The translations under genes and the position numbers were made by a program. This document shows, one piece after another, positions 9,707 through 19,424 of a stretch of 64,000 nt of DNA. The notes beneath the pieces are model-generated. The model saw nothing but the letters and a program-made list of their open reading frames with translations, had not been told where the DNA came from and searched no databases. Positions within the stretch are counted from its first letter, which is position 1. The number at the start of each line of letters is the position of its first letter. Origin of the DNA: a virus (taxonomy: Duplodnaviria; Caudoviricetes); IMG/VR virus record IMGVR_UViG_3300035675_000001; one strand, written 5' to 3'.

Positions 9707-10484
9707 TGAAATCCTTCGAGCACTGCTTGAGTCCGACGCCGATGACGAATCGGGCGTGAAGGACTTCCTGGGTATTCCCCAGGAGATTCTGGACCGCCAG
9801 TTGAAGGAGCTGTTGCCCGCCGCCATTGATCGCAAGTCCAAATACCTGGGCTACCCGTGCGTTTGGGTGGGCAAGCCATTCACCAATCCCCAGGGCGAGA
9901 CCTTCATCTTCGGCAAGTTCGGCAAGAAGCAGCCTCACTCCACCATGTCCACGCTGCTCTACCTGAACCCTGACACGGGCTGGCAGCTCGCGGAGAGCTT
10001 GAACGAGGACGAGGAGGACGAGTTCAAAGAAGTTTACGGTGGAGTCGAGCCGACCGCCTACCTGCCCCTGGGCACGGTGATCCACCACACCATGCGCCCG
10101 GAAGACCTGATCCCGGCCTTCCTGGACGCCCTGGAAAGCGTGGCCCCGGACGAAGCCGCTGAGATTCGAGCCGGTTACGCGGAGGAGATTGCCAACGACG
10201 ACGAGGAGTTCCTGAACGAAACCCTCTGGAACGTGCTGAACAGGCACACGCCTCCCTACACCTACTTCGGATCACATCCCGGCGACGGCAGCGATTACGG
10301 CGTGTGGGTGAACACCGAGGCCATCGACGATGACATCCGTTACGAGGAAACCGACAAGCTCCTGCCGATGCGGAAGGGCGAACGGATGCCCCAGGGCAGC
10401 CAATACGTCATCGTCATGGATCACGCGGGCAACTACGAGGAGCTGATCGACGGCTTAACCGGTCGGCAGATTTGGGTCCAATGA
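9693..10484 (+). CDS. Two-module tagged protein
   Basis: Tags LLESDADDESGVKDF and LNEDEEDEFKEV; second module GTVIHHTMRPEDLIPAFL...YFGSHPGDGSDYGVW resembles a conserved phage domain of unknown function. Confidence 0.6.
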   Translation: MSQSDEILRALLESDADDESGVKDFLGIPQEILDRQLKELLPAAIDRKSKYLGYPCVWVGKPFTNPQGETFIFGKFGKKQPHSTMSTLLYLNPDTGWQLAESLNEDEEDEFKEVYGGVEPTAYLPLGTVIHHTMRPEDLIPAFLDALESVAPDEAAEIRAGYAEEIANDDEEFLNETLWNVLNRHTPPYTYFGSHPGDGSDYGVWVNTEAIDDDIRYEETDKLLPMRKGERMPQGSQYVIVMDHAGNYEELIDGLTGRQIWVQ

Positions 10485-11434
10485 CAACTACCGACCTCAT
10501 CCTCACCGGCCTGCTGTCTGAAAAAGGGACCGGCATCTTCGTGAAGCAGCTCCGCACCGGGCCGATCTACACCTGCAAATGCCCCACCTGCGGCACGCTC
10601 CACGGCGCGTTCAGGAGTTACCCCGAAGCCGAAGCCAACCTGAAATGCCGCCAGTGCAACCGCACTGCCGTTGACAAGCTCAAGAAGGACGTGGCCAAGG
10701 TGGAGGAGCCGGAGAAGCCGCAGAAGAACATCTTCCAGAATCCGCTCAAGAAACCGACCGTGATCGGCGAAGCAGAGGACGATGACTTCCAGGTGAAGGA
10801 CGTGGGCCTGCCGGTGCAGGATCACATCCGCTACGAGATTTTCGATGGTCGTGAATACTACCCGCTGACCAACACCGGCCTGATCGGTCGCCAGGGCTGG
10901 AAAGACCTCGGCCAGTTCAGCGGCCAGTGGCGCTTCATGGGGATCAAGCCCAACGCCGCCGACCGGCGCTTCATCCCCTGGGCGGAAGTCGTGAAGGAGC
11001 TGGAGAGCGGCCAGTCCATCAGCGGCCACATCGTGGATTTCGACCACGGCAGCTACCGGCAGTGGGGCGCAATGGCAAAAGTTTACAGATTAACTGTAAA
11101 CGAATCCTTCGAGGACGATGAGATCGAGGATGTGAAGTCGATCTTGGGCGACATCCCGCTGGACCCCGATGCTCCCACGGAGCCAGGTCAGGTAAATAAG
11201 TGGGTGTGCGTGAACGCGCACCACGGGCAAGAATTTTACAGCCGCAGCGAGTTTCACGCGAATGGGTATCCCAAGCGCGTGCGCGTGAGCGGGAAATGCA
11301 AAACCTGGAAGACACGACCAAATGAATTTAAGCTCCCCGTCAAGTATGGACTCAATAAGAACCTTTATATCACCGATGCTGACGCGAGCGACTGGAGCAC
11401 AGTCGCCATTGGTCGAGACGGCAGGCCGATATGA
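10481..11434 (+). CDS. Three-module tagged protein with N-terminal Zn finger
   Basis: CKCPTC...CRQC; internal tags IGEAEDDDFQVKDV and VNESFEDDEIEDVKSI. Confidence 0.6.
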   Translation: MTTTDLILTGLLSEKGTGIFVKQLRTGPIYTCKCPTCGTLHGAFRSYPEAEANLKCRQCNRTAVDKLKKDVAKVEEPEKPQKNIFQNPLKKPTVIGEAEDDDFQVKDVGLPVQDHIRYEIFDGREYYPLTNTGLIGRQGWKDLGQFSGQWRFMGIKPNAADRRFIPWAEVVKELESGQSISGHIVDFDHGSYRQWGAMAKVYRLTVNESFEDDEIEDVKSILGDIPLDPDAPTEPGQVNKWVCVNAHHGQEFYSRSEFHANGYPKRVRVSGKCKTWKTRPNEFKLPVKYGLNKNLYITDADASDWSTVAIGRDGRPI

Positions 11435-11438
11435 CGGT

Positions 11439-12107
11439 TTGATCCAGGAGGCTTCGGCACTCCTGAAAGACGGCCCGATCAGCGAGCTGACGCACATCCA
11501 GCGCATGTGGGCCGACGTGACCTGGAACAAGGTGGAAGACCAGCGCGTGTCCACTGACGCCGAAGTTGCCCGCGACGGTTCACACCGAATCGCCCTTTAC
11601 CCATCGCTCACGCAGAAGCCCAAACAGCTCGCGTGCTCCATTCTGATCCGGGAGTTCGGTCACCTGCTCTACCGCAAAGCCCCGGAAGCATTGAAGCGCC
11701 GGTGGACGAACAAGCTCTGCCTGCCCGCCAGCGCACAGATCGACGCAGTTCAGCGCAAGCTCACGCCGGAGTTCAAGAGCTACCGCAGCCTGGTTGAGTC
11801 CTTCAAGACGGCGATGGACCGCTACGTCGCCCTGAATCTGGCCAACGCGCTGATCGCCAAGGGTGTCCCCTACGCCCAAGTCCAAAATGTAAACTTGCGG
11901 CAATGGGGTGCCACGCAGGAATACGCCAACCGCAGGCGCTACCACGTCCTGATCCCGCTGGTCTCGGCCTACAGCTCGAAGGACATCTTCGAGGACTTTG
12001 GGACGGCCTTGGCGGATTGGGTGTGCGGCACCAACGGGATCACGGAGTCCAGCGTCGCCGAAGCCACGCACGGGATCATCAAAGACATTCTGGAAGGGAT
12101 GCGCTAA
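11439..12107 (+). CDS. Zincin-like protein with degenerate HExxH
   Basis: ILIREFGHLL and EDFG..LA; start uncertain (TTG at 11439). Confidence 0.45.
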   Translation: MIQEASALLKDGPISELTHIQRMWADVTWNKVEDQRVSTDAEVARDGSHRIALYPSLTQKPKQLACSILIREFGHLLYRKAPEALKRRWTNKLCLPASAQIDAVQRKLTPEFKSYRSLVESFKTAMDRYVALNLANALIAKGVPYAQVQNVNLRQWGATQEYANRRRYHVLIPLVSAYSSKDIFEDFGTALADWVCGTNGITESSVAEATHGIIKDILEGMR

Positions 12108-12766
12108 ATCCGCTGCCCAAGCGCCTGCTCGGCCTCGCGCTTCGACATCTCGAACTTGTGGCCCAGCTCGTCCACGCCGACGTAGCGCGTCAGCTCGCAG
12201 AGCTGGTTTTGCAGCGGCCATGATCGAAACTCCTCCACGGTCTGACCCATCGCCTGGGCAGCCCCTTCGGCGTGTTGCTCCAGCCAGGAGTCCAACTTGC
12301 CGTCGTCGCTGACGTGGATTTCATACCAGGGGAACCGCTTGCGCTCATTCAGGAAGGCGGCACGGGCCGTCTGATACTGGCTGACGAGCTGTTCGCGCTC
12401 GCGCTCATTGTCGTCCCGCGTGCGCTGCTGCCATTCCAGGTCTCCGTCCGGGTCCAGGTAATTGGAGGGGAACCGATGCTCTATATTGGCCATGACCTGG
12501 GGCGGAACCTCCACGTCTTCGGGCTGGATTTCGTGGATGCCCAACTGATCCATCACATCCATGCCCTCGAAATACCAGATGATCCGCTTGATCGGGTTGT
12601 AGAAGTAGCCGCCGTAGTCCCACGCGCTGCCGAAGTCGCCGTCGATCTGCTCCCACCACCCATCCTCACTTTGGGGGTCATCAACCTCCTTCACGTCAAA
12701 GTCATCCTCGTCTTCCAGCAGATGGCGGACGATTTCCGGCGCGGTCAACAGGGCTTCTTCTCTCAT
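12104..12766 (-). CDS. Tagged putative internal head protein
   Basis: APEIVRHLLEDEDDFDVKEV at the N-terminus; typical codon usage. Confidence 0.6.
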   Translation of the reverse strand: MREEALLTAPEIVRHLLEDEDDFDVKEVDDPQSEDGWWEQIDGDFGSAWDYGGYFYNPIKRIIWYFEGMDVMDQLGIHEIQPEDVEVPPQVMANIEHRFPSNYLDPDGDLEWQQRTRDDNEREREQLVSQYQTARAAFLNERKRFPWYEIHVSDDGKLDSWLEQHAEGAAQAMGQTVEEFRSWPLQNQLCELTRYVGVDELGHKFEMSKREAEQALGQRI

Positions 12767-14490
12767 TGCAGCAAGAGGGTGACGAGCTGGGCGGCACGCT
12801 CCTCGATCTGCTCGCGCAGACCGCGCTTCTGCCCCATGCGCTCTTTGTGATAGGCGGCTGGATCGGCGATGATGTTCGACGGGTCAAAGCCTTCGCCCCA
12901 CTCACGGATCGTGCGAAAAGCCCGATTGAAGCTCCGGGCCAGGGCTTGAAATTCAGCGGGCTGGAGCCTCTGCCGCCAGTCCTGAATGATGTCAGCCCAG
13001 GTTGCCCTTTCCTCGGATTGGCCACGGCGGAAAACAACGCCCTGGTAAGGCGGTCTCAGCTCCACGAGGTCATCAATGCTCACCACGGCCAGAATTTTCT
13101 CAGGCTGCCCGGTCTTGACGTGGAACATGATCGGGATTTTCTTGAACGGCCTGATACCCGCATCGCCGCTGTAATCGTAAGCGTCAATGCCCGCCTGGAA
13201 CTGCGACCAGGGCGTCAAACTGTGCCGGGAGCCGGTCGTGACCTGGGTAAGCTGCTCAGGGTCGGAAATATCCCACTCCTTCTGCCCGGCCCGCACGGCT
13301 GCCGCCAGGGTGAGCGGGACATAGACATCAACATTGGCGTCAGAATACAGACGCTCATTCCGGCCCACCTTCCCCTTGGCCCCGGCATAGCGCACATCAC
13401 CCAGGATGCGCTCGCGCATGGGCAGATTGGAGATGGCTTCATTCGCCTTGTTGACTTCCTGGATCGTCGGATATGGACCCTTGTAAACCAGGTCGCCGCC
13501 CTTGCTGAGCGTGACCTTGCCGATCTCCAGGTTGATGTCGATAGGCTCGCGGGGAGGGATTTGCTGCTCCGGGGGTAACCCCTGATTCTTCTGTGCCAGG
13601 CTGGCGTTGTAGGCGTCGAGCTGCGAGTTCCGGCGCTCCACGCGCTCCTTGTTGATGAGGAACTGGCGCATCGCGTTGTAAACGATCTCGTAGCGCCCCT
13701 CCTTGCCGCCCGGCCAGTGCCGCCAAAAGCCGAACAGCGTGTAGTGCTTGGAATCTTCGTCGCCGAACAGATACTCGCGGCGGCGATCCGGCTCAACCGA
13801 CTTCCACTCCTGCTCCGCCGCCTCACGGTCGATACCGCGCATGAGCTTGCTGTAAACGAACAGGGCATGAACGCGGTCACGGACCTTGGTTTCGAGCTGA
13901 TTCTTGATCCACTTCTTGATCTTGCCGCTGACCAGCGCCATCGCCACTTTCTCCTCCTTGCCGGGCGCGACATTGTTGGTCCGCAGGACGTTGAGGATGC
14001 CAGTAAACCGCGCACCCACGTCAGGAGAAGATGTAGCCGAAGCCAGGGCGGTAGTCAGGCTGGTGAGCTGCTGCAACCCGGTGGTGCGGGCGTAGTCGCT
14101 GATTTCCTGAGTCGTCAAACGGGTGTTCGGCGCTTCTGCCTGGAACTTTCGGAAGAAGTCCTCCGGCGTCTTTTCCGGGAACCCATCGCCCCACTGCTTC
14201 TTGGCCTTCTCGAATGCCTCCGAGCCGCCGCCCGCCTGGTAGAGCATCCAGTCCAGGTAGCGTTTGTCCGGGGTGCTATCGAGTTCGGCAAACTTGTTGA
14301 AGACCTCCGGGTCCAGGAGCGGTCCTTTGCCCAGCGGGCGGTTATCAGGGCCAACCGCATTGATCGAGACCGTATCATCAAGCCGATACTTCTTTTTCAG
14401 CTTGTTGAGCGTGGCCTCTGGACTCTTGCGAGTCTTGGGCTTCGGAGCTTCCTCCGGGGCCTGCCCTGGTTGTTCGACTGGTTCCGGCAT
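12763..14490 (-). CDS. Large hypothetical phage protein
   Basis: ELDSTPDKRYLDWML and VYVPLTLAAAVRAG..W patterns recalled from large-phage proteins; ATG at 14490 preferred over the track start, which overlaps rusA. Confidence 0.6.
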   Translation of the reverse strand: MPEPVEQPGQAPEEAPKPKTRKSPEATLNKLKKKYRLDDTVSINAVGPDNRPLGKGPLLDPEVFNKFAELDSTPDKRYLDWMLYQAGGGSEAFEKAKKQWGDGFPEKTPEDFFRKFQAEAPNTRLTTQEISDYARTTGLQQLTSLTTALASATSSPDVGARFTGILNVLRTNNVAPGKEEKVAMALVSGKIKKWIKNQLETKVRDRVHALFVYSKLMRGIDREAAEQEWKSVEPDRRREYLFGDEDSKHYTLFGFWRHWPGGKEGRYEIVYNAMRQFLINKERVERRNSQLDAYNASLAQKNQGLPPEQQIPPREPIDINLEIGKVTLSKGGDLVYKGPYPTIQEVNKANEAISNLPMRERILGDVRYAGAKGKVGRNERLYSDANVDVYVPLTLAAAVRAGQKEWDISDPEQLTQVTTGSRHSLTPWSQFQAGIDAYDYSGDAGIRPFKKIPIMFHVKTGQPEKILAVVSIDDLVELRPPYQGVVFRRGQSEERATWADIIQDWRQRLQPAEFQALARSFNRAFRTIREWGEGFDPSNIIADPAAYHKERMGQKRGLREQIEERAAQLVTLLLQ

Positions 14491-14560
14491 ATCAGACCTA
14501 AATACGTTCTCTACAGTGCAGAACGGCATGATTGTCGGCTGAACGATTGAAAATGTAAAC

Positions 14561-15103
14561 ATGGGCATCACCCCTGAACAATTTCGTGAGATGGAAGCGC
14601 GGAACGACGCCAACCGAAAGAAGGGCCTGGCGACTCGTCCGGCTCCCGTCCCAGCCACGGCTACGGCTGCGCCGATGGTGGGTTGGCCCTGGCCCCTGCT
14701 ACCCTTCCCGGCATTCGACACCAGGGAGTTCACCTACCACGGGTCGCCCATCGGCAAACCCAGGATGACCCGAAGTGACAAGTGGAAGAAGCGCCCCCGC
14801 GTTCTCAAATACCGCGCCTTCTGCGACTCCCTCCGGGCCGCATCGGGCGTATTGCCGGAAAAGGCAGACATGGTGCTGGTCACCGCCTACTGCCCCATGC
14901 CGCTGTCCTGGTCGGGTAAAAAGAAAGCCGCCCTGAACGGCAAGCCCTGCCGGTCCAAACCAGACTGGGACAACATCGGCAAGGCCGTGTGCGACGCGCT
15001 CTTTGACGAGGACTGCTGTATCTGGCTCGGCCTGACCATCAAATACTGGTGCTTCACGGGCGAGGAACGACTGAACGTAAAGGTGCTCTATGCTAAATCC
15101 TAA
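14561..15103 (+). CDS. rusA: RusA-family Holliday junction resolvase
   Basis: PIGKPRMT...KPDWDNIGKAVCDALF.ED..IW. Confidence 0.85.
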   Translation: MGITPEQFREMEARNDANRKKGLATRPAPVPATATAAPMVGWPWPLLPFPAFDTREFTYHGSPIGKPRMTRSDKWKKRPRVLKYRAFCDSLRAASGVLPEKADMVLVTAYCPMPLSWSGKKKAALNGKPCRSKPDWDNIGKAVCDALFDEDCCIWLGLTIKYWCFTGEERLNVKVLYAKS

Positions 15104-15449
15104 CGAAATCAACCCCAAGCACATCCACTCGCTCCAGGCGACGCTCATGAAGTATCGCTCGAAGCTGGATGAGCGGAAGATCACGAACCTCTACAAAGCG
15201 GCCAAAACGCTGTTTTTCCAGAGCAACCCATCGGCGAGCTTGCTCCAGGACCAGACCATGTGGCGGTCCCGCATCGCCAACAACGCCGTCGTGATCTCGA
15301 CCTGCACCGACGTAGAAACGGGCCTGTTCATCCAGCTCGCCGGTGACCCCAACTCCCACGAGGACGCCCTGCTCCTGACCTTCGGCCAGAAGTATTGCGT
15401 CGAGTGGAAAGACGCCATGCGGAACAACGTGGCAACCAAGATTTGGTAG
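15090..15449 (+). CDS. Hypothetical protein
   Basis: 119-aa ORF coupled to rusA; typical codon usage. Confidence 0.5.
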   Translation: MLNPNEINPKHIHSLQATLMKYRSKLDERKITNLYKAAKTLFFQSNPSASLLQDQTMWRSRIANNAVVISTCTDVETGLFIQLAGDPNSHEDALLLTFGQKYCVEWKDAMRNNVATKIW

Positions 15450-15475
15450 CCTTGAATAATGTAAACATTTCCCAC

Positions 15476-15504
15476 TTGACCCGGTGGACGCTTTTGTTTA
15501 CATT
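15476..15504 (+). promoter_or_regulatory. Sigma-70-type promoter (TTGACC-N17-TACATT), probably near-leaderless
   Basis: -35 at 15476-81, 17-nt spacer, -10 at 15499-504; ATG 8 nt downstream; TGTAAACA at 15460 and TGTTTACA at 15495. Confidence 0.7.
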
Positions 15505-15512
15505 TATTCCGT

Positions 15513-16136
15513 ATGGACGATACCAGTAAGCAATTACGGGACACGAACCTGAGATTTCACGGCCTTTGCCAAAAGGCGCGTGAATGGCTCCTGACGCAGC
15601 TTGCGACCAGGGGCTTCAACAGCAAGGCAGACGGGCACAAGATCACTACCACTGTCGAGGACGAAGCTACCGGTATCACCGCTGATGCCACGATCTGCAT
15701 TTGGCCAAAGGTGCGAGATTTTTCAAAGCTCGCTGAGGGGATCAAAGTTAGGGTAGAGCGCGACCGCCACGCGGTCAACTACGCGAGGGCGACCGAGAAG
15801 TGGGAGGACTTCCCGTGGGAGAAAATCATCGAAGCCCATGTCGAGGAGCTGAAACGACGCCTCAAGTCGAGGCTCCAATACCGGGCCGAGGAGAATGAGC
15901 GCGAGCGCCTTGAAACGCTCGCCAAGGAAGAAGTTCCACTGCCGTTGAACCCCGATCACTTCCGGGGTGAATACCTGTCCGGGTATGAGAGACGGCGCAA
16001 CCGAGACGGCACGTATCACGTTCAGGTGAACTGTCACCGTCTTACCGCAGAGCAAGCCCGCATCGTTCGGGATTTCGTTCTTGCGGCTAACCAGATCACT
16101 ACTCATGAAAAAACAACAGACACCGACCCGACCTAA
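15513..16136 (+). CDS. Hypothetical protein
   Basis: 207-aa ORF directly downstream of the promoter. Confidence 0.55.
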   Translation: MDDTSKQLRDTNLRFHGLCQKAREWLLTQLATRGFNSKADGHKITTTVEDEATGITADATICIWPKVRDFSKLAEGIKVRVERDRHAVNYARATEKWEDFPWEKIIEAHVEELKRRLKSRLQYRAEENERERLETLAKEEVPLPLNPDHFRGEYLSGYERRRNRDGTYHVQVNCHRLTAEQARIVRDFVLAANQITTHEKTTDTDPT

Positions 16137-16563
16137 GAAACGTGAGCCACGGACGCACATCGTGTCCTTCCGCCTGCGCGAAACCGAAGCCGACATGCTG
16201 CTCCAACACCTGGAGAAGCACCCTATCGCCGGATTCAAGTCCTTGAAGCAGTTCTGCCGCAAACTCAGCGTGGACTACGCGCTGGAACGGCTCATCTACA
16301 TCAATCCCATCGACTGCGAAATCAACTTCGACTCGCGGGAGTTTCTGCCGATTGAGCCGCCCAACTGCAAAATGTCCGACAAGAAGTTCATCAAGGCCCT
16401 CCGCGATTTCATCACGGTGCCGGAGAACTGGAACAAACTCCGCCTGTTCATGCTGCGGGCAGGCTGGCCGGAAAAACTCAAGAACGAGTGCCGCGATGCC
16501 GACAGTCAGGAACGTCTGCTGCTCGCGCAGCGCGTGCTCACCGAAATGCTAATCAAACCATGA
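16105..16563 (+). CDS. Ribbon-helix-helix (MobC/CopG-like) DNA-binding protein
   Basis: REPRTHIVSFRLRETEADML...G...LKQFCR alternating beta-strand followed by two helices. Confidence 0.55.
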   Translation: MKKQQTPTRPKKREPRTHIVSFRLRETEADMLLQHLEKHPIAGFKSLKQFCRKLSVDYALERLIYINPIDCEINFDSREFLPIEPPNCKMSDKKFIKALRDFITVPENWNKLRLFMLRAGWPEKLKNECRDADSQERLLLAQRVLTEMLIKP

Positions 16564-16745
16564 ATTACACACTCACCAAAGGCAAGGTCAGGGTCCAAAT
16601 CCGGTTTCTCGCTGAAACCGCCGAGGTCTCGAAAACTGTCGGGGGCAACCTCGACACCAACAAAACCGTCATCACCCACCAGGAAGCCAACCGTAAGGTC
16701 AACGAGCTGGTTCGGGAGGGTTACAAGGCGACAAAGCACTCCTGA
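16560..16745 (+). CDS. Small hypothetical protein (WGR-like ending)
   Basis: ATGA coupling; EANRKVNELVREGY. Confidence 0.45.
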   Translation: MNYTLTKGKVRVQIRFLAETAEVSKTVGGNLDTNKTVITHQEANRKVNELVREGYKATKHS

Positions 16746-16746
16746 C

Positions 16747-17445
16747 ATGGATGCCGAGGAGTTCAAAGAGCTTGCCCTGGAGATGACCGATTGTGCGGAC
16801 GAGTCGCTGGAAAGTGTTCGACGCCTCATAGGTCTTCTCAAGGGCAGTCCCCTGGTGGTGATATGCGGCGGGCGTGCCTGTGGAAAAACCGCCCTGCTCG
16901 CCGCTATCACCAAGCTCCTCGATGGCGACTGCTACTACCTGGACGAAGGGGCGCACTGCCAGCTCGATCCGCACGACCTGAACAACCGGGCGCAGTGGAT
17001 GCGGGACCGGGCCAGGCAAAGCCAGAAGTCTGCCTTCCTGACGGTCAGTATGCACCGGAACGTCGGCCCCAACGATGACTTCCTGGCGGACTTCACGCTC
17101 CAGCACCCGCCGCCCGCGCACGTCGCCTTCATCGCCGACGCCGCCGTTTACATGAACCGGACAGGCTGGAAGATCGTCAAGAGCCGCCTGGGGCCTGCGG
17201 GCGACCACGGACGCTTTGAGCTGGAACATCTGCTGTCCGACCGCACGGCTTACGACAGCGTGCTTTACCGCAGCAACCAGCGCCCCTGCAAAACCGACCA
17301 GCAGACGGAGCGGGAGGAGCGGATTGTCAACCGGGGCTGGAGGCACATGGTTCACCTGGTTCACGGCATTGACCTGGCGGCTGGACCCGACCGAACAGGC
17401 TACCAAATCGTCGGCACGCGCACCGGGCGCATCGCATACGCATGA
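16747..17445 (+). CDS. P-loop-containing protein
   Basis: VICGGRACGKT Walker A, followed by YYLDEG. Confidence 0.5.
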   Translation: MDAEEFKELALEMTDCADESLESVRRLIGLLKGSPLVVICGGRACGKTALLAAITKLLDGDCYYLDEGAHCQLDPHDLNNRAQWMRDRARQSQKSAFLTVSMHRNVGPNDDFLADFTLQHPPPAHVAFIADAAVYMNRTGWKIVKSRLGPAGDHGRFELEHLLSDRTAYDSVLYRSNQRPCKTDQQTEREERIVNRGWRHMVHLVHGIDLAAGPDRTGYQIVGTRTGRIAYA

Positions 17446-18131
17446 ACCCCTCGCGCATAGGCACCCCAGTCCAGAAGGAAATCGACGAGTGGCATTTCCG
17501 GTTCAACCACAAGATCATCGTCTTTAAGGTCTTCATCCACCGCGCCCGCGACCCCCAGCGCAGCGAGGACCACCCCGATCCCTGGATCAAGTTCAGCGCC
17601 GAAGTGGATAGCCGGTCAATGGAGAAGGCCAAGATCGACCCCAAGGAATTTGCCCTGGTCACGATCAAGGAGGACACCATCCAGAAGCTCCGCGACCGCT
17701 GCCAGGCCCATGTCGAGGCCATGCTGCGGCTCAACTGGAAGAAGGTCATCATCGTCGGCTTCCAGCCGGAGCACGAGAAGGAGCTGTTCATGGGCCGCGA
17801 ACGCCGCGATCCTGCGGTCCAGCTCCAGTTCGACTACGCGACCGGCGAGCAGGCCGGAGAGTTCTTCCGGCGCGAGGACGAAGATGAGTCCAAATGCTAC
17901 TTCCTCAAGGAAGCAGCCAACCTGCTCAACGGCTATTCCTGGGAGAAGAAATTTGTCCACGTTTTTGACTATGACGAAAGCCTGATGGCGACCCTGGCGC
18001 TGCTCAAAACCAAGTATGAGGAGCTGAACAACCGAGTCGCTGAACTGGTCAAGCCCGGCAAACTGGAGCTGCTGGGCGCGGCCTTAAATCGAATGCTCCC
18101 ACCACCCCCACCCGATGCACATACTCCGTAA
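17442..18131 (+). CDS. Hypothetical protein
   Basis: 229-aa ORF with ATGA coupling. Confidence 0.55.
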   Translation: MNPSRIGTPVQKEIDEWHFRFNHKIIVFKVFIHRARDPQRSEDHPDPWIKFSAEVDSRSMEKAKIDPKEFALVTIKEDTIQKLRDRCQAHVEAMLRLNWKKVIIVGFQPEHEKELFMGRERRDPAVQLQFDYATGEQAGEFFRREDEDESKCYFLKEAANLLNGYSWEKKFVHVFDYDESLMATLALLKTKYEELNNRVAELVKPGKLELLGAALNRMLPPPPPDAHTP

Positions 18132-18501
18132 ACACGTTGCCCACCTGGGCTTCAAGGGCATCAGCCCGTTCGACAGCTCCTTCCAGTCCGTCTGGTATAA
18201 GGTCATCCCGGAGAAGAACGTCGTCATCGGCATCAGCAACACGATCCCCAGGGGTGTTTTTCGGTTCGACCTGACGCCGCAGCAGATGAAAGCTTTCCAG
18301 AACGGCAAGCTCTCGCTGACGCCGCCCGGCCACTGCCACGTCACCGGAGGTCCGAACGTGGAGGACTGCTCCTGGGTCTTCCAGGGCGAGTTCGAGCGCA
18401 TCAAAGAGCTTTACGAAATCCTCAAGCTGACCCGCGTGTTCCCGGCAGGAACGCTCAAACCTTTACCCCGAAAGAAACCCAATGCCTGTATCGCCGCATG
18501 A
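18115..18501 (+). CDS. Hypothetical protein
   Basis: 128-aa ORF in a co-directional run. Confidence 0.5.
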   Translation: MHILRKHVAHLGFKGISPFDSSFQSVWYKVIPEKNVVIGISNTIPRGVFRFDLTPQQMKAFQNGKLSLTPPGHCHVTGGPNVEDCSWVFQGEFERIKELYEILKLTRVFPAGTLKPLPRKKPNACIAA

Positions 18502-18691
18502 GTTCATGGAATGGGTCGTCCTGACCCTGGTCTTTATCGTCGCCGGAAACTTCGGCGCTATCGCGCTTTCCAGGCTGCTCAAGCTGGAGAAGGACGCCAA
18601 AACCGTCGCCAGAGCTGTGCTCGTCATGGCCCTGATCGGCAACCTGATCGCCCTCCTTTTCGCCCTTACCGGCCTCGCCATCGCTCGCTGA
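18482..18691 (+). CDS. Small two-TM membrane protein
   Basis: Two hydrophobic stretches separated by KLEKDAKT. Confidence 0.55.
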   Translation: MPVSPHEFMEWVVLTLVFIVAGNFGAIALSRLLKLEKDAKTVARAVLVMALIGNLIALLFALTGLAIAR

Positions 18692-18707
18692 TTCCGTTCT
18701 ATCCGGC

Positions 18708-19157
18708 ATGAGCGACTACATCGGGTTTTTGGTGGTAAGTAGGAAAGACGGCTACTTGCTGGAAGGCAAAGATCATGCAGCGAAGGTTTTTGAACGACGG
18801 GCAGACGCACAAAGCGCGTGCGGGGCTTTGCAGAACCGAGAGGTTGTGCGGCTTCGATACGACGTGGCCGTGCAATCGCTCATGGAGGGTTCCGCATTCA
18901 GCTTTGACTGCCAGGAGGGCCTGGAGCGGTTTCAAAAGAAGGTGCGAAACGACATGGCGCACAAGCCCTACCTCGCCAAGAGCCAGGACCACACCCTGGT
19001 CCGATGGAAAGAGTCCGATGCACGACCTGCTGAAAACGATAGCCCTGGTGCCCGTATGGTTTCTGACGCTGCTGCTCAAGCCGCTGCTGCCAGCCAGCCA
19101 TCCGTGGAAACACCAAAGTTTAACCCTGCAATCCTGGTGCCGGAACGGAACCAGTAA
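18708..19157 (+). CDS. Hypothetical protein
   Basis: 149-aa ORF with GTTCTAT 5 nt upstream. Confidence 0.5.
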   Translation: MSDYIGFLVVSRKDGYLLEGKDHAAKVFERRADAQSACGALQNREVVRLRYDVAVQSLMEGSAFSFDCQEGLERFQKKVRNDMAHKPYLAKSQDHTLVRWKESDARPAENDSPGARMVSDAAAQAAAASQPSVETPKFNPAILVPERNQ

Positions 19158-19223
19158 CGCCATCCAGTTTGGTGTGACGTTTTGGATTCTTGGCCTGTGC
19201 CAGTGTGCGCTAATCTACCTGCT

Positions 19224-19424
19224 ATGCCGAAAGTGAAAAAGAAAGCCAAGGCGCAAGCCAAGGCCGGAGACATCTGTGAGTTTTGCTCTGGCGTCCTGAT
19301 CGAAGTCCAGGGGAATCTCTGCTGCCAAAGGTGCCATCGCGTGCCCGGCCAGGTTGACCCGGAGGTCAAGGCCCCCGAAGTCATCCACCCACCCGTGGGT
19401 CCACGCCGGAGCATGAGACCATGA
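19224..19424 (+). CDS. Small Zn-ribbon protein
   Basis: CEFC...CQRC. Confidence 0.5.
   Translation: MPKVKKKAKAQAKAGDICEFCSGVLIEVQGNLCCQRCHRVPGQVDPEVKAPEVIHPPVGPRRSMRP

Noticed and set aside
14505-14525. CGTTCT-N9-AGAACG inverted repeat as a LexA box
   Set aside because: Spacing fits neither GAAC-N4-GTTC nor TGTTC-N4-GAACA; single occurrence
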